From Heterodontus francisci (lineage: Eukaryota): DNA of 64,000 nt. The notes under the pieces were generated by a model. It ran no database searches, had not been told where the DNA came from, and saw nothing but the letters and a program-made list of their open reading frames with translations. Where the stretch lies: contig NC_090380.1 in NCBI RefSeq assembly GCF_036365525.1, positions 82,221,658-82,285,657 of the forward strand, read 5' to 3'. Below are positions 61,311-64,000 of this stretch, one piece after another. The translations under genes and the position numbers were made by a program. The number at the start of each line of letters is the position of its first letter. The stretch's first letter is position 1.

Positions 61311-64000
61311 TAAATTCCAGGTTGAAAGATTTTTTAAATAAAATTTATACATTTCATCAGTTGGATCTGATGACTGGTTATTTTATTTAGGTGTTTAAAA
61401 CATTAAATACTTTGTTTTATGGAAGAAAATGACACAGAGCCAGAGCCAGCTCTGTGTAGCTGCAAGCTTTTAGGATCACATGAATAGCATTACGATATGA
61501 GGAATTAACACCTAATTTGCTGGCTGCTTTGGGTCTGTGATGCCATCAAAATTCTAAGGCTCTCCTCTTCTATGATGAGAGAGCTGTTCATTTGCTGTCA
61601 ACAATGTTCTTTAAGGTAAAACTACCTTAAGATGACACTCCCACCAGGTGACCAATCATTCCGTGTCAAAGAACAAAACAGCTGTCTGATACATAATAAT
61701 TATTGAAGCAATAATTAGATGACATTACCTTTAAGAATTTGCAAAACAGCACAGAATGGGTAAATGGCATTAATTATGATCGTACAAGAAGAGATATGTG
61801 ACATGTAACAGCTTTTGAATATTTCAAATAATATGATAGACAACCTTTGGTTAAACAGATGGCCAGTTCATAAATCATAAGGGTGCTCTTGGCCTAGCAG
61901 TGAGTAGATGGCATTAATATCATTGTTAGGTTGCACCGCTGCACTTTGTTCCCTTTCAGGCATGGCTGTTTTCCTTGATGATGAAACTTTTTTTTCTGCA
62001 ACAAACCAAACAAGAAAGTTCTTAGAGAAGTTCAATAGACAAAACAACCCAAAAGTTGCAGCGGGTAAATAATGTGAACTGCAGTATGGAGGGTTTGGTA
62101 TAAAATGGAAGGTAGATCAATTTAACTCTGTTGTATAGTGTATAAACATGGTACTGAATAGGAAATGTAGAAAAAAACTGCAATAACCAGAAATCTGAAA
62201 CAAAAAACACAAAATGCAATATGACAAGCAATATCTGTAAAGGAAAAAGAGAGGTTATGATGTTTCTGGTGTGTATTCTGTACCAGAACAGCAGATTGAA
62301 AGGTAATGGGCAGCTTAGTAAGGTTAGGAAAATCAGAGGGAAAAGAAGGAAGATCAAAAGGGAGAGAATCAATAAATCACTCAGAGAAAGTAAGTAGGTT
62401 GAATAACATACAAACTGCTTAACAGAAAACTGTTAGAGGTGGAGACAGAACTGTCCAAGAAGGGAGTCCAGATGGAGCATGTAAAAGTGAAGAATGAAGA
62501 ATTGGAATCTTGGTAAATGAAATCCTGGAGAACAGAGAGAGAGAAAGAGAGAGCAGTCATAAATGTAATAGGTCAGGAAGCATACCTGAGTAGTAATTGG
62601 AACAAAGAATTTTCAAGGTGGCCTCCCACAAGATAGGCCTAGCTGGGATTCGCGTAGATTTGCATAACAACATCTTTTATCTGGAGGGAGTGAGTGGTGT
62701 TATAAGAAAATAAAAAGCAAAGACTATAAATGCTAGAATTCTGAAATGAAAACAGAAAATGCTGGAAATATTCCACAGATGGTCTGCATGTATGGAGAGA
62801 GATAACAAGTTACCAATTCAGGTGAAATCTGCTGAGTGTTTCCAGCATTTTCTGGAGTTAAAATAGGTTGCTCAAACTGGCAAAAAGTTCAGCCAGGTAA
62901 GAGGGTTGTGGTGGACAGGGAAAGGTTGATCTTCTTATCAAGGAAGGAGTGGAGGGCTCAGAGACTATCTTAGTGAGGGATGTAGAAGGACCACTTGCTT
63001 ATGGTGAACAGTCAACATAATAGGTCAGGAAGGGTGCCTAAGTAGGAATTGAAGGAAAGAATATTCAAGATATCCTGCACAGCAAGATCCCATATACTGG
63101 AATGATAATAATTAGATAATCTATTTTTTAGTGATATTGGTTGAGGGAAAGATGGCCATGGATTTGGGTGGCGACAAGATGTTCAAGTACTTTGACAAGG
63201 AAAGGGAAATTGGAGACGGGGTGGTAATTTGCAAGGACAGAAGGATAAATAGTAAAATATATATTGAAGTACTCCTTGACAGTCAGATACCATTGCTGAT
63301 TCTGAGTGCTCAACTTGTTTGCTGACAATCCCAGTAAAATGCATTTGAAAGTTACAAATCAGCCCATAAATGACTTATACAGTCATCAGTGGCTCTGAAT
63401 AGCCAGTGAGTTCAGTTAAACGAGTCCACAGTTTCGGACTATCTTAATCAGGAAATTTGTGCCTTTAGACTTGTACGTTCACTTGATAACATAAACCTTG
63501 GCCATACAGTTCTGAGTGTAACATAAAATTCCAAATATGCTAGCTACAAGAATTTTTTTTGAATTAAAAATAAAGTTACATTGAAATCTAAAAACACAAT
63601 CACTTACTTGATATTGAATATGTACAAAGTACTGCAATAACCACAGACACCATGAGTGCAATTAGACTGACAACTGTCAGCATTATCCATGATAGTTTAT
63701 CACCGGCAGGACCTGTTGAGAATTATTTAGGACATGCATCAAAAGCTGTATTGAATAACATACCACAAAGCAGGACATAAGACTTTAGCCTTTTATTTTT
63801 CTTCAAAGTTAACTGTTAAATAAGTTCACATGTCAATAACCATGAAGGGAATGTGATCAGTTTGGTAAACAAAATACTTTCTGTAAGTTATTTATTTTTT
63901 GTAGATTTCATTGACCCTATTGTGCACAGCTAACGCATGCCTATGCCATTGTACATTAAAATGCCTGCGGAAAAAAAATTGAATTTCAATCCACGGTTTC

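Noticed and set aside
62022-62372. Hydrophobic 116-aa minus-strand ORF
   Set aside because: Translation of the complement of a purine-rich tract, with no recognisable domain or splice context.

Overview
This is eukaryotic, repeat-dense vertebrate DNA, almost certainly from a cartilaginous fish (shark or ray): it carries HE1-type V-SINEs, shark-type CR1, L2, RTE and Tx1 LINEs, Penelope fragments and Harbinger-like MITEs. It is not prokaryotic and has no CRISPR, rRNA or true tRNA genes. (1) Positions 1-16.4 kb are a nested LTR-element stack. A + strand, non-autonomous Gmr1-like Ty3/Gypsy element is interrupted by two different - strand endogenous retroviruses. ERV-A (1-7047) has an LTR, tRNA-Asn PBS, coiled-coil gag with a CCHC knuckle, an in-frame UGA-CGG gag-pol junction and PR-RT-tether-RNaseH-IN, and runs off the left edge. 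ERV-B (7383-13064) has both LTRs, a GAAC TSD, a tRNA-Ser PBS, coiled-coil gag remnants, an IN tail and an env remnant resembling paramyxovirus/pneumovirus F fusion proteins, so it is lokiretrovirus-like. ERV-B itself carries a solo LTR of the Gmr1 family. (2) From about 25.3 to 45.6 kb lies a - strand B7-family gene with signal-IgV-IgC-IgV exons, best identified as HHLA2 (B7-H7). Its third Ig domain lacks the canonical B-strand Cys, and its candidate last exon lacks a normal TM plus cytoplasmic tail. The rest is intronic or intergenic transposon debris. All assignments come from reading motifs by eye; no database search was run.
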